Source: a virus (lineage: Duplodnaviria > Caudoviricetes). Taken from it: 64,000 nucleotides of DNA. The DNA lies in IMG/VR virus record IMGVR_UViG_3300029288_000071, positions 143,031 to 207,030 of that record; one strand, 5' to 3'. Each line of letters starts with the position of its first letter. Positions within the stretch are counted from its first letter, which is position 1. Under the pieces are notes generated by a model. The model saw only the letters and a program-made list of their open reading frames with translations. It was not told the origin of the DNA and searched no databases. Shown piece by piece: positions 9,778 through 20,064 of the stretch. The position numbers were made by a program, and so were the translations under genes.

Positions 9778-10233
9778 TTATATTTGAAAAATATCTGGTG
9801 GAATTAATACTAATTCTATGCGTGGTTTTGCTTCTGAAAACATCTGCTTCGATATTTTGAAATCTTCTTGCCAACGAGGATTATCATTAAAAGGTGCAAC
9901 ACACCTAGCTATTCCTGCTTGAATAACTAAACCAGCACAAGGAGAACAAGACATGAATGGATAAGTATATAGCGTACATCCTGTTAAATCTCTTTTAGCT
10001 GCTATAATTGCATTTCGTTCACAATGAACAATCATTTTATACTTTAAATCTCTGTTATTCAATCTTTCTTCAGTATCTAAAACATTTCTTGGAAGTCCAT
10101 TAAATCCTAAACTTATCACGTAATTATTTTGATCTACAATTACTGCTCCTGTTTTTGTGCTGGGATCTTTAGACCAATTAGACGCAAATCTAGCTAATTC
10201 AAGATAACGAATATCCCATTTTAATTGATTCAT
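9778..10233 (-). CDS. dCMP deaminase
   Basis: SKDPSTKTGA, GFNG.P, HCERNA, CSPCA, IQAGI. Confidence 0.92.
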   Translation of the reverse strand: MNQLKWDIRYLELARFASNWSKDPSTKTGAVIVDQNNYVISLGFNGLPRNVLDTEERLNNRDLKYKMIVHCERNAIIAAKRDLTGCTLYTYPFMSCSPCAGLVIQAGIARCVAPFNDNPRWQEDFKISKQMFSEAKPRIELVLIPPDIFQI

Positions 10234-10862
10234 ACTATTTCCTTGATTAATTTTAAACCCATTAATTGTTCTTTTAATTCAAATGAAAGCCGATCTGCAA
10301 AAATAAATACAGAATACTGTCCATGAAAATTATGTTTTGATGTAATATAAGTTGCATCAGTTCTATCTTTAATTAAATCTCTAATCATATCAAGATTGTA
10401 TTGATCAGGATGAAATGGAGTTTGCCAATCATCAATACAGATTATAGGTTTATTTAACCTTAAAACTTGAATTAGTTCATCTCTTAAAGGCTTAGGATTA
10501 GGAGTTTCATGATCATGTGCATCAAGATAAAATAAACAATTATCTTCATTTGTAAACTCATTTGAATCAATTTTTTCTTTAAGCCACTTAACAGAATCAG
10601 AACAAGCTATTTCAACATTTGTATGATTTTGAATTCTAATTGGTAGAAACTGATCAATATATTTTTGATGATATTCTACTCCATAAAGTCGATATTTTCC
10701 TCGAGTTCCTTTTCCTTGAACACCTACATTAAATTCATCTCCATATAGTTTACAGAAAACATGTTGCATAATCATGAGTGAATCACCTTGATAAACACCC
10801 GTTTCAATAAATTTGTTGATTTGAAAACGTTTAATTATTTCTTCTGTGGCTATATTAATCAT
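10230..10862 (-). CDS. SAM-methyltransferase-fold protein
   Basis: FIETGVYQGDS, GVE, DSV, FYLDAH, IICIDD. Start set at MINIA. Confidence 0.65.
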   Translation of the reverse strand: MINIATEEIIKRFQINKFIETGVYQGDSLMIMQHVFCKLYGDEFNVGVQGKGTRGKYRLYGVEYHQKYIDQFLPIRIQNHTNVEIACSDSVKWLKEKIDSNEFTNEDNCLFYLDAHDHETPNPKPLRDELIQVLRLNKPIICIDDWQTPFHPDQYNLDMIRDLIKDRTDATYITSKHNFHGQYSVFIFADRLSFELKEQLMGLKLIKEIV

Positions 10863-11151
10863 TTTTGCACCTTGCTTCCCACATTTTTCTGGCTTCTTCA
10901 ATTTTATTTTGTAGAATTTCTAGTTCAGTTCTATACGGTTTTCCAATCTCCCAACATTTTTTACACCAAACTATTCTATAATCACCACCTGTTTCTTCTT
11001 CATAGCCAATACAATCATTACATAAATCTTTTTTACAAATTTCACATTGAGCTACACAACACTGTAATCCCCAATGAAGTTCTTTGCCGCAATCATCACA
11101 AAATCTTTTGTTTACTACGACTTCTTTAGTTTCTGTAGTTTTCTTTATCAT
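10855..11151 (-). CDS. hypothetical Cys-rich zinc-binding protein
   Basis: Four CxxC pairs. Confidence 0.6.
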   Translation of the reverse strand: MIKKTTETKEVVVNKRFCDDCGKELHWGLQCCVAQCEICKKDLCNDCIGYEEETGGDYRIVWCKKCWEIGKPYRTELEILQNKIEEARKMWEARCKND

Positions 11152-12667
11152 AATATTTTCTCTTAAGTTTAAGACTTGTCATTTTCACAACATTATCTAC
11201 AGCAATTTTACCGTACAATCTATAAATTTTATCTATAAATTTTGGATTTGTATGATATTTTAGAAATGCTTCATCTCTAAATTTCAGAATTTCTGCTTTG
11301 CTCAAAGTTCCTGTTGCAATTGGATTTGTATCATAAGATAAATAAGCATATTCTGAATAATTTCTTTTTTCATCATTTGGATCATATAAATCTGAACCTG
11401 GAAATGCCATTGTTGCATAAGCATTCCATCCTACAGTATTCAATTGTATAGATAAATCTAAAGTTTTCTGCATAGTTTCTAAAGTATCACCTGGGAGACC
11501 GAACATATAATTTCCCATAACTTCTATATCAGCATTAGAAAGTCTTTTTATCACTTCAAAAATATTTACATCTTCAAATTTTCCTTTTGCAGCTTCTAAT
11601 CTAATTTTCTTATCTCCGCTTTCAATACCTAAACAAAGCCATTTTATTCCAGCAGCTCTTATTTTGGTTAAAATTTCTGGATTTGAAACTGTATCAATTC
11701 TTGAATATGCCCACATTCTTAAATTTTTTGCATAATCTCTTTTGGCTAACTCTTCAACTAGAGGAAGATAATATTTTTTATTTAATAAAAACATTTCATC
11801 AACAATTCTAATTGTTTCTACTCCCATTGCAGCTAATTTGTCAAATTCTTTTATTATAAATTTAGGAGACCAAAATCTCATTCCAGCATAATTAGATGCT
11901 CTTCCTACTCTTTCATTTCCTTTTCTGTTAATAAGATTAATCATACAAAAATTACACTTAAACATACAACCTAAAGAAGTTTGAATAGCAGCATAAGGAC
12001 TTCTTTTTGCTTCATCATATTCTCCATGCCATAAAGGAGAACGGTACAAATCAAAAGGTTTTTCTTTATAAGGAAGTAAATCCCAAGCATATCCTGGTAA
12101 ATCAATATCCATTCTTTCTTGAGAAATTATATCTTCAGGTTCTGTTAAATATGGAGTTTCATCATGTAATCTAAATCCAATTCCTTTTATTTGTTTTAAA
12201 TCATCATATTTCACTAAACCATCAGTTAAAATTAATTTTACAAGATTTCTTAGAGCATAAACTCCTTCATTAGGAAAAATAAAATCAAAACATTTTTCTT
12301 TTTCTAAAACTTCATAAGGTAAAGCTTGAACATAAGATCCAACAAGTAATATGGGCCATATTTTCTTTTCATATTTAAGAAAATTAGCTAAATCAACTGC
12401 TCCTTCCATATTAGCAATTCCTGAACTTACATTTTGCCCATATACAACAAAACATATTACTGCTGGATCCAATCTGTCTATTTTTTCTGAAACTTGTTCA
12501 TAAGATAAGTTTTCAGCAGTTACGTCTAAAATTCCACATTCAAATCCAGCTGATCGCATAGACTGAGCCAATAAAAGAGACCAAGTTGGTGGTTCTATTG
12601 CAGAATATTTTGTAGCTAAAGATTGATAGTTTTTAGTATTATTCGGTGTTATAAATAAAATATCCAT
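11126..12667 (-). CDS. cobalamin-dependent radical SAM enzyme (class B methyltransferase-like)
   Basis: N-terminal B12-binding-like domain (EPP..LLAQ); CxxxCxxC = CMFKCNFC; DEMF, GIESG, YMFGLPGDT. Confidence 0.88.
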   Translation of the reverse strand: MDILFITPNNTKNYQSLATKYSAIEPPTWSLLLAQSMRSAGFECGILDVTAENLSYEQVSEKIDRLDPAVICFVVYGQNVSSGIANMEGAVDLANFLKYEKKIWPILLVGSYVQALPYEVLEKEKCFDFIFPNEGVYALRNLVKLILTDGLVKYDDLKQIKGIGFRLHDETPYLTEPEDIISQERMDIDLPGYAWDLLPYKEKPFDLYRSPLWHGEYDEAKRSPYAAIQTSLGCMFKCNFCMINLINRKGNERVGRASNYAGMRFWSPKFIIKEFDKLAAMGVETIRIVDEMFLLNKKYYLPLVEELAKRDYAKNLRMWAYSRIDTVSNPEILTKIRAAGIKWLCLGIESGDKKIRLEAAKGKFEDVNIFEVIKRLSNADIEVMGNYMFGLPGDTLETMQKTLDLSIQLNTVGWNAYATMAFPGSDLYDPNDEKRNYSEYAYLSYDTNPIATGTLSKAEILKFRDEAFLKYHTNPKFIDKIYRLYGKIAVDNVVKMTSLKLKRKYYDKENYRN

Positions 12668-12668
12668 T

Positions 12669-13151
12669 TTATTTTAACTCTTCTCTGACTCTCATTAATA
12701 CTTTTCCGAGTAAATTTAATCCTTTCCAATTTTTTTCATCTAAAATTTTATCATCTTCCCAATGAACTCCAACACCCCAAATTATATCTTTAGGAGTCCC
12801 TTCAACTAAAATTTTACTATCTGTATCAAGAAGCAATTTTCTCAATTCTTGACTATAAAAAAACTTTAAATAAACTGCTTCATACATAAATTTTTCTCTA
12901 ACTTGAGACCATTTTTCATCATCGTAATTCTTAACTTCTCTACCTAGTTTTTTTGCAATTCTAGGTTCTGAACCATTCTGAACAATTTCTTTTGCTTTTT
13001 CACTATCGTTAAAAAATTTTGCTTTCATGTACATAAACAATTGTTCAGAATTAGAGAAAATATTGTTGTCATAGTTTATCTTTAAGTCATTTGGAATCCA
13101 ATTTGAAAGAAACGAACCCCAGAAGTAAATATGTGTATCAGTTATTCTCAT
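12669..13151 (-). CDS. NADAR family protein (YbiA-like)
   Basis: FLSNW, SEQLFM..KA..F, KKLGREV, KF, LVEG.P.D.IWGVG, GLNLLGK.LM.VR. Confidence 0.92.
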   Translation of the reverse strand: MRITDTHIYFWGSFLSNWIPNDLKINYDNNIFSNSEQLFMYMKAKFFNDSEKAKEIVQNGSEPRIAKKLGREVKNYDDEKWSQVREKFMYEAVYLKFFYSQELRKLLLDTDSKILVEGTPKDIIWGVGVHWEDDKILDEKNWKGLNLLGKVLMRVREELK

Positions 13152-14000
13152 TTAGTCTTCATCCCAATCATCATTAAATTGAACTGTATGTGATAAATCT
13201 ACAATTCTTGAAAAATCTAATGGATTTCTTTTATAAAGTGCATTACTTTGGCTACCTGTTGATTTTATAAGAGGAGTTAAATCTGCTAAAATAAATCCAT
13301 TTTTATTCATTAATTCATTAAATTCTCTAAATAAAATAGTTCCATCATAAAGAGGAATATGATTAACTTCAGTATAGATATAGTCAAACTGATTTAAAAC
13401 TTTATCTGCACCTTTAATTACAAAATATTCATATCCTTGAACATCCATATAAAGCAAATTACAGTGCTTTACATGATCTTGAACAATTGAGCTGCAAGAA
13501 TTTATAAAATTATTCAATGACCAAACAGGTACATCATATTCATGAGCAGTGATTAATTTTGGATTATATTTTGTTGCTATTTTTGAAAAGGGCAACAATG
13601 AACTTGAATTCGAATTATTTGGACCACATTCGAAGAACTTCATAAGTCCATCATTTTCTCCAATAGCAACATTATAGATTAAAGTATTTGCTTTAGGGTA
13701 ATTTTTTATTAATTTTTCTTTAATTGTATTATAAGCTCTAGTTACAGGTTCAAAATAAATCTGATATTTGAAATTTAATTTATTAAATAAATCAACTTGC
13801 TCTCCATAAGCAGCACCAATTTGAATAACTCCTTTTATGTTTTTCAATACTTCAAGATTATCAAACACGCAATGCTTTAAAGTGCTCTCTTGTGCATCCA
13901 ATCTTTTTTCTTCAAAATCGCGCAAATCAACTAAATTTTTATTAGGTTCCATGTGATAATATCCTGTAAATTGTGAATTGTGAGCAGGTATTGTTTTCAT
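13152..14000 (-). CDS. FkbM-family methyltransferase
   Basis: IQIGAAYG, YFEP, NVAIG, SSSLL, LYMDVQGYE..VIKGA, IYTEV. Confidence 0.88.
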   Translation of the reverse strand: MKTIPAHNSQFTGYYHMEPNKNLVDLRDFEEKRLDAQESTLKHCVFDNLEVLKNIKGVIQIGAAYGEQVDLFNKLNFKYQIYFEPVTRAYNTIKEKLIKNYPKANTLIYNVAIGENDGLMKFFECGPNNSNSSSLLPFSKIATKYNPKLITAHEYDVPVWSLNNFINSCSSIVQDHVKHCNLLYMDVQGYEYFVIKGADKVLNQFDYIYTEVNHIPLYDGTILFREFNELMNKNGFILADLTPLIKSTGSQSNALYKRNPLDFSRIVDLSHTVQFNDDWDED

Positions 14001-15031
14001 TAATCAGCATCTTCAAATTCATTTGTGATTGGTTCTTCAAGTTCTGGAATAGCTAAAAATGCATCAATTCTTTTTATTATTTCTTCAACTGATAATCCAT
14101 TAGCATCTAACAATTGATTTCTATTTCCATTTTCAAAAATATATCTTTCTGGAAGAGCTATTCTTAAAATTTTCTTTTTAATTCCTAAATCTGCTAATGT
14201 TTCACAAATAATTGATCCTAAACCACCATCAAGTTGATGTTCTTCAAGAGTAATTATATAATCATAATGATCAATTGCTCTTTGTAATAATTCTTTATTA
14301 ATTGGTTTTAATTTCCAAATATCAAATACAGAAATTTGATAGGTTAATTCTATTAATTGTTGCCAAACTTTCAATGCTCTGCCTAACATGAATCCTGTTG
14401 TTAAAATACAAATTTTATCTGTAGAGTTTTGAGAAGTTTTAGAATTTCTTAAACCACCTCTGACACATATCATTCCTGCATCAATGATAGGAGGAACAGG
14501 TTGCGTAATTTTATTTTCAATTGGTTCTTTTTCAATAATTGGATCTAAATTTCTTTCTAATCTAACATATCTTAATTTTGGTATTTCTAAAGTTAAATTA
14601 ACTAATTGCTCTATTTGTCTTGTATTAGATAGATTATAAATTTCAATATTATTAATTGATCTCATGTAAGCAATATCTTCAGTAGGTTCATGAGCGGGTC
14701 CAGCTGGAGCATAAGCTAAACCAACACCATTTGCTAAAATAGTAATTGGATTATTTGCTAAAGCACAAGAATATCTAATTTGCTCAAAACATCTAGCTGC
14801 CCATATAGCCATAAAATATACATAGATTTTTTTACCTGAATGAGATAATCCTGCAGCTACATTTATTGCATTTTGTTCACAAATTCCAGCAGAAATAAAT
14901 TGATCAGGAAGTTCTGATCTCCATTTATCTAGAGATTCTGCTCCCATATCAACAGTAATAAGCATAATATCTTTGTCTAATTTTGCTTTTTCAAATAATA
15001 TGTCTAAAAATTCATTTCGTTGGGTTTTCAT
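14000..15031 (-). CDS. transketolase-like enzyme, C-terminal (pyrimidine-binding) subunit
   Basis: GICEQNA..AAG, RCFEQIR, GPAH...ED, YVRL, LEEH...GGLGS. Confidence 0.9.
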   Translation of the reverse strand: MKTQRNEFLDILFEKAKLDKDIMLITVDMGAESLDKWRSELPDQFISAGICEQNAINVAAGLSHSGKKIYVYFMAIWAARCFEQIRYSCALANNPITILANGVGLAYAPAGPAHEPTEDIAYMRSINNIEIYNLSNTRQIEQLVNLTLEIPKLRYVRLERNLDPIIEKEPIENKITQPVPPIIDAGMICVRGGLRNSKTSQNSTDKICILTTGFMLGRALKVWQQLIELTYQISVFDIWKLKPINKELLQRAIDHYDYIITLEEHQLDGGLGSIICETLADLGIKKKILRIALPERYIFENGNRNQLLDANGLSVEEIIKRIDAFLAIPELEEPITNEFEDAD

Positions 15032-15270
15032 TTTTGACTTCTCTCTATATACTGTTGTTTAAATTCAGTAAGATTGAAATTGCCTATTCTTTGAGGAAGT
15101 TGTTCTAACTCTTCTGATGTTAATTGTTTAGCATATTCTTCAATGATATGTCGAATAACAAAGGGCCATAAATCTATAAAAGCTTCCCAAGTATTTTTAG
15201 TTCTATCTATACAATCAAGTAGATTTGCTATATCTTCTTCATCAATAGTAATTTGTTTTTTAATTTTCAT
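15028..15270 (-). CDS. hypothetical protein
   Basis: 80 aa, ATGA-coupled. Confidence 0.55.
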   Translation of the reverse strand: MKIKKQITIDEEDIANLLDCIDRTKNTWEAFIDLWPFVIRHIIEEYAKQLTSEELEQLPQRIGNFNLTEFKQQYIERSQK

Positions 15271-15461
15271 AATTTAGCAAACTCAACATTTATTTTGAAA
15301 TCTTCTGTAATTATTTTTTGTAAACCTTCAAGTTTACTTTTGTAGAATTCTAATCTCAATTTTTTTATAGTTTCTTCTTCTCTATTTCTTTTTATAGATT
15401 TGTATTCATCAAAAACACAATTATAAGCAAATAGAATATCTAATTTTTTTCGTTTTGTCAT
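15267..15461 (-). CDS. hypothetical protein
   Basis: 64 aa, ATGA-coupled. Confidence 0.5.
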   Translation of the reverse strand: MTKRKKLDILFAYNCVFDEYKSIKRNREEETIKKLRLEFYKSKLEGLQKIITEDFKINVEFAKL

Positions 15462-16255
15462 GATAACTCCTGCAATGCTTGTTCAATTAACTTAGGATCT
15501 TTTGGAATAGTATTATGATATTCAAATCGACCTTCCATATAACTGACACCTTTTCCCTTAATGGTATCTGCAATAATTACAAAAGGTTTTACAACGCATG
15601 GTTCTTCTAATCTATCTTTAATTATAGAGAATGAAGCTCTTAATTGATCAAAATCATGACCATTAATTCTATTTGCTGCAAAACCAAACGCATGAAATTT
15701 ATCTTGAATAGATTCTAATTTAAGTAGTTTTTCAGTTTCACCAATTGTGCTCATTTTATTTCTATCTACGATTATTATGATATTTTTCAATTTATAATGA
15801 GCAATAAACATTAAACTTTCCCAATTTGAACCTTCATACAGTTCACCATCTCCAAGAATAATATAATGATTTATTTTTCTATTAGCAAGTGCTAAACCAG
15901 CTACATAACCGATAGCATTACCTAATGAACCTCCAATAAAATTACATCCAGGAATTGTTTGATCTGAATGTAATCGTAAAATTCCTTCTGGAGTACAATA
16001 CCTATCAAGCTCTGCATGTGGAAAATATCCTAAATCTGCTAAAATAGGATAAACAGAAGGAGATCCATGCGCTTTTCCAAAATATAATTTGTCTTTAGTA
16101 TGATCAAAATCAGTTACAGGATCTTTGTATAAAGAAACTAGAATATCAACTGGAGATAGACTTGTTGATAAATGTCCATATCCACTTTTTGTTTTGAATT
16201 CAACTATTCTTTTTCTAACTGATTTTGCATATTGTTTTAACTGTTGATTTGTCAT
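15458..16255 (-). CDS. transketolase-like enzyme, N-terminal (TPP-binding) subunit
   Basis: GHLSTSLS, KAH, GSLG, GDGE..EG..WE...DRN TPP motif, GHD, TIKGKG. Confidence 0.92.
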   Translation of the reverse strand: MTNQQLKQYAKSVRKRIVEFKTKSGYGHLSTSLSPVDILVSLYKDPVTDFDHTKDKLYFGKAHGSPSVYPILADLGYFPHAELDRYCTPEGILRLHSDQTIPGCNFIGGSLGNAIGYVAGLALANRKINHYIILGDGELYEGSNWESLMFIAHYKLKNIIIIVDRNKMSTIGETEKLLKLESIQDKFHAFGFAANRINGHDFDQLRASFSIIKDRLEEPCVVKPFVIIADTIKGKGVSYMEGRFEYHNTIPKDPKLIEQALQELS

Positions 16256-16263
16256 AATATTCT

Positions 16264-17199
16264 CTATAGATTTGTGTAAATACTTGGATTCAATATTTCA
16301 AATGACTTTAACAATTCTTGAATCCCATGGTCAACTGAAATAAAAGCTTTAAATCCTCTTTTTTCTATTTTTGAATTTTGAACTATATAATTTCTTTGAT
16401 CTGGATCTTTTGCATCTTCAAATTGAACTATTTTAAAGTTAGGAACAAAAGATTTTATTTTCTGACATAATTCTAATTTTGATAAGTTAGCATCTGATAG
16501 TCCAAAATTGTAAACTTCATTTTTCATTTTGTCCCAATTTAGGATTGTCCAATCAAAAACTGCAGCAACATCTCTTACATGAACATAATTTCTTTTAAAG
16601 TGTCCCTCAAATAAAGAGATAAAACCATCATTCCAAGCTCGATAAGTAAAATCATTGACTAAAAGATCTAATCTCATTTTAGGACTACAACCAAAAACTG
16701 TAGCTAATCTAAATACTACTGAATTATCAACATTTCTAACCATTTTTTCTGCTTCACATTTTGTTTGACCATAAACAGAAATAGGATTTAAAGCATCTTC
16801 TTCAGTGAATACTACACCTTCTCCTTGGCCATATCCTGAATTTGTGTTAGGATAAAGAAGTAATTGATTTTTTGATTTCACTTTACAGATGTTTTCAATT
16901 TGATCTTGATTTATTTGTTTAGCAACTAAAGGATTCTTTTTACAAGCAGGCATACCTACAATAGCAGCTAAAGGAATTATAACATCATTATTTCTTACTT
17001 CTTTTGCAAGTGAAGCTTCATCTCTGACATCTGCTCTTACAAATTTAATGTTTGGATGAAAACATAAATTCAGTAAAGTATTTTGACGATACATAAAATT
17101 GTCATATACTGTTACTTTATAATCTTGGGTTACAAATCTTTCAGTTAAAATACTACCAATATATCCTGCACCACCTGTGATTAGTACGCTTACTGCCAT
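16264..17199 (-). CDS. NAD-dependent epimerase/dehydratase (extended SDR)
   Basis: TGGAGYIGS, LAAIVG, YGQTK, RLATVFG..P.MR.DLLVN. Confidence 0.92.
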   Translation of the reverse strand: MAVSVLITGGAGYIGSILTERFVTQDYKVTVYDNFMYRQNTLLNLCFHPNIKFVRADVRDEASLAKEVRNNDVIIPLAAIVGMPACKKNPLVAKQINQDQIENICKVKSKNQLLLYPNTNSGYGQGEGVVFTEEDALNPISVYGQTKCEAEKMVRNVDNSVVFRLATVFGCSPKMRLDLLVNDFTYRAWNDGFISLFEGHFKRNYVHVRDVAAVFDWTILNWDKMKNEVYNFGLSDANLSKLELCQKIKSFVPNFKIVQFEDAKDPDQRNYIVQNSKIEKRGFKAFISVDHGIQELLKSFEILNPSIYTNL

Positions 17200-17555
17200 T
17201 ATGTTCCCTTTTTCTTTTTACGTTGTTCTTCAATTTTTCTTTTTCTTTCAGCTTCTTCTTTTTGCAAATCAAAAGGATCATTGTTTGGTATTTCAATTTT
17301 ATCAATTCCAGCTAATCTGCTATATTTAGTGATTGTTGAATAAACAATCCCTTTGATATTATAATCTTTTTTCAACCAAGTCATCCAAGCATACCGACCA
17401 TCATCTATTCTAACTGGTCGCCATGCAAACCACAATGATGACTTGAAACTCTTTAATTTCTCTATTTTTTCTCTTTCTTTTTCTTCATTTGTTCGACCGA
17501 AAAATATACCTTTTACAGTATGTAAGTTTTCTATAATTTCTCGTTCTTTATTCAT
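17199..17555 (-). CDS. hypothetical protein
   Basis: 118 aa with WFAWRPV motif. Confidence 0.6.
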   Translation of the reverse strand: MNKEREIIENLHTVKGIFFGRTNEEKEREKIEKLKSFKSSLWFAWRPVRIDDGRYAWMTWLKKDYNIKGIVYSTITKYSRLAGIDKIEIPNNDPFDLQKEEAERKRKIEEQRKKKKGT

Positions 17556-18443
17556 TTAAAACTCCAAAATTTTATGTTGAATTGGTTTTCTATCTTTATT
17601 TCTATTTATTACTCCCCACATTTTTAGATAATGTTGAATCCCAATTTCATATCCTTTTTGTCTTAATGGATCTTCTTTACTGATATGCCCTTTGTATGTA
17701 TTACAAAGCAAAGAGAAGAAAGTAGATTCAAAAGGTTGATGAAAATTTAATCCTAAATTTTGAAATTTTCCTTTATAGGGATAGAGCATTTCTGATGGAG
17801 CACCATTATCTAATTTTCCAGTAAGTCTTGAACCCATATCCATATCTTCAGGAGCAATTGTAATATACTCTTCATCAAAACCACCAACTTCAACAATATA
17901 TTTTCTTCTTACTGACATATCAAGCCAACCACCAGAATGCTGCATATTTCCTTTGATAATTTCATCCCAAGGTTTTTGATAATCTGTTTCATGATATGTA
18001 TCAGAAATTAAATCATATCTTTTTGGTAAAACTACAGCTTTTTCATCTTTTAAATGTTGGTATATGTGACCTTTAAAATAATCAGGTGTAAAAATGTGTC
18101 CTACATTACTTGTCATGAATACATCTGCTAATGAAAGATCTAAAGCAATAACATTTTTAGCATGACAACCAGGTCTTGCTGAAATTCCTTCAGGTACTTT
18201 CTTTCTAATTTCTTCTGTTTCACACCGAACATAAGTAAGTATTTCTTTGATCCAATCAGGTTGTTGAGCACAAACATCTAATGAATCTTGAATTTTTTCC
18301 CAAGGAGTTCCTGAATCACTAATAAAAATTTGACATCTATTTTTGAATTCATGAAAATCAGAATGATTGATCAATCGATAAAACCAATTCTTAAGAATTG
18401 AAGCATTATCATAATAGAGAAGCATCATATCTAATGTTTTCAT
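17556..18443 (-). CDS. GT-A (GT2/GT7C-like) glycosyltransferase
   Basis: IFISDSGT, VGGFDEEY...EDMDM..RL. Confidence 0.7.
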   Translation of the reverse strand: MKTLDMMLLYYDNASILKNWFYRLINHSDFHEFKNRCQIFISDSGTPWEKIQDSLDVCAQQPDWIKEILTYVRCETEEIRKKVPEGISARPGCHAKNVIALDLSLADVFMTSNVGHIFTPDYFKGHIYQHLKDEKAVVLPKRYDLISDTYHETDYQKPWDEIIKGNMQHSGGWLDMSVRRKYIVEVGGFDEEYITIAPEDMDMGSRLTGKLDNGAPSEMLYPYKGKFQNLGLNFHQPFESTFFSLLCNTYKGHISKEDPLRQKGYEIGIQHYLKMWGVINRNKDRKPIQHKILEF

Positions 18444-18850
18444 TTATCCTCTTTAGGAATAAATCCTGTTTTTGCAATGTATTTTTCTTTAATGAGTGTT
18501 AACAATTCAGGTTCTCTGAAACTAAAATAATCAGGTAAATCTAGTACTACAATAGGTTTGTTTGTTAACTTTTTTATTGTATTTAATTGACTACTTTCCA
18601 TAATTACAATTTCATCAGCCCATTCAATTAAGATTTCATCAAGAAGAACAAGAGCATATATTGGATTCATTCCACAAGCTCTTGTATTGAAGTTAAATGG
18701 GGGATTAGAAAGAACAAATGCAGTTGATGGTGATCTTAATAGTCCTGCTGAACAAACACAAAGTACTTTTTTAAAATTTCCTTGATTAGGATTTTTTGTA
18801 TTTGATAATCTTGTTGCAGTATATTTTACTAATTCTCGTTCTTGTATCAT
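18440..18850 (-). CDS. low-molecular-weight protein tyrosine phosphatase-like protein
   Basis: VLCVCSAGLLRS (CX5R P-loop), WAD, LDLPD. Confidence 0.8.
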   Translation of the reverse strand: MIQERELVKYTATRLSNTKNPNQGNFKKVLCVCSAGLLRSPSTAFVLSNPPFNFNTRACGMNPIYALVLLDEILIEWADEIVIMESSQLNTIKKLTNKPIVVLDLPDYFSFREPELLTLIKEKYIAKTGFIPKEDK

Positions 18851-19869
18851 ACAAAATCTTTCATTTTTAAAAGTGATAGTTTAATTCCTTGATCTAAAGT
18901 TAAATAAGTATAATTCCAAGTAGGATCAGAATTTACAGCTTTTACTGTTTTATTAATTTTATTATTATTTCCTACTCTTCTATAAACTCCTACAGGTTTA
19001 TCAATTAGTCTATTAATTGAAGGATTGTAATTTTCATCCACTAATTTCAATTCTTTAGCAATAGAAATAGTTTTTCTAATTAATTCTTCGAAAGGAGTTT
19101 CAATTCCAGTTGATAAGTTAAAAGTTCCAGTAATGTGATTATTACAAAGAATCATAGAGATGTCAACACAATCATCTATATGAATGAAATCTCTTGATTG
19201 TTTACCATCACCCCATACTTCAATAGGATCTTCCATTTTTAAGACTCGTTTCATAATACTTGGAAATGGATATGTTAGATCTTGATCTTCACCATAACCT
19301 GAAAATGGGCGATAAATCACTATTTTATGATCTTGAATAAATGTATTAAGGTACTCTCCAGTTAACTTACTCCATCCATAAGTAAAATCAGGATTTGCAA
19401 TATTTTTTAAATCAATATCAGATTCATCTAATATCTTAAATCCATCTTTAGTTTGTAACTTAGTGGGATATGCTGCACTAGATGAATAATACATTGAATA
19501 TTTATTATAAGATTTTTTTGTATAATTGAAAAAATCTGAATCAATAGCTAAGTCAGTAGCAACTGCTATAGGATTTGTTTCTAAATTTAATCTACCACCA
19601 ACAACTGCAGCAAGATGAACTACAAGGTCAAAATTGTTAAATTTGTTAGTTCTATATGCTGTTTTAAAAAATTCTCTAACATCTTCATAAAAGAAAGTAG
19701 TGTTTTTAAAATTTGTCCTAGTTTGTATAAAATCAGGCCAATCTGCTGAATGTAAACCAGTTGATAAATCATCAACATAAGTAACATCATATCCTAAAGA
19801 AGATAAATGAGAAACATATCGTCTTCCTACAAATCCGCAACCACCTGTAACTAATGCTGTTTTAATCAT
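18847..19869 (-). CDS. NAD-dependent epimerase/dehydratase (extended SDR)
   Basis: TGGCGFVG, HLAAVVGG, SSSAAY, YGWSK, WGDGKQSRDFIHIDD. Confidence 0.92.
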   Translation of the reverse strand: MIKTALVTGGCGFVGRRYVSHLSSLGYDVTYVDDLSTGLHSADWPDFIQTRTNFKNTTFFYEDVREFFKTAYRTNKFNNFDLVVHLAAVVGGRLNLETNPIAVATDLAIDSDFFNYTKKSYNKYSMYYSSSAAYPTKLQTKDGFKILDESDIDLKNIANPDFTYGWSKLTGEYLNTFIQDHKIVIYRPFSGYGEDQDLTYPFPSIMKRVLKMEDPIEVWGDGKQSRDFIHIDDCVDISMILCNNHITGTFNLSTGIETPFEELIRKTISIAKELKLVDENYNPSINRLIDKPVGVYRRVGNNNKINKTVKAVNSDPTWNYTYLTLDQGIKLSLLKMKDFV

Positions 19870-19871
19870 AT

Positions 19872-20060
19872 CTAGTATCTTCTATCTGGCAATTCTACTT
19901 TACCATGAAAATCTACTACTTTAGATAAATTCATGTTATGCTTTTTTGAAAATTCTTTTCTAGCTTCAAGTGAACTTGATGCTTGAATCAATTCAGATTC
20001 AACTTCTGTATTATTACTTTTTAAATATCCTACTACATAAAAATTCATAAAATTCTCCAA
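19872..20060 (-). CDS. hypothetical protein
   Basis: 62 aa ORF filling the gap. Confidence 0.5.
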   Translation of the reverse strand: MENFMNFYVVGYLKSNNTEVESELIQASSSLEARKEFSKKHNMNLSKVVDFHGKVELPDRRY

Positions 20061-20064
20061 ATTA

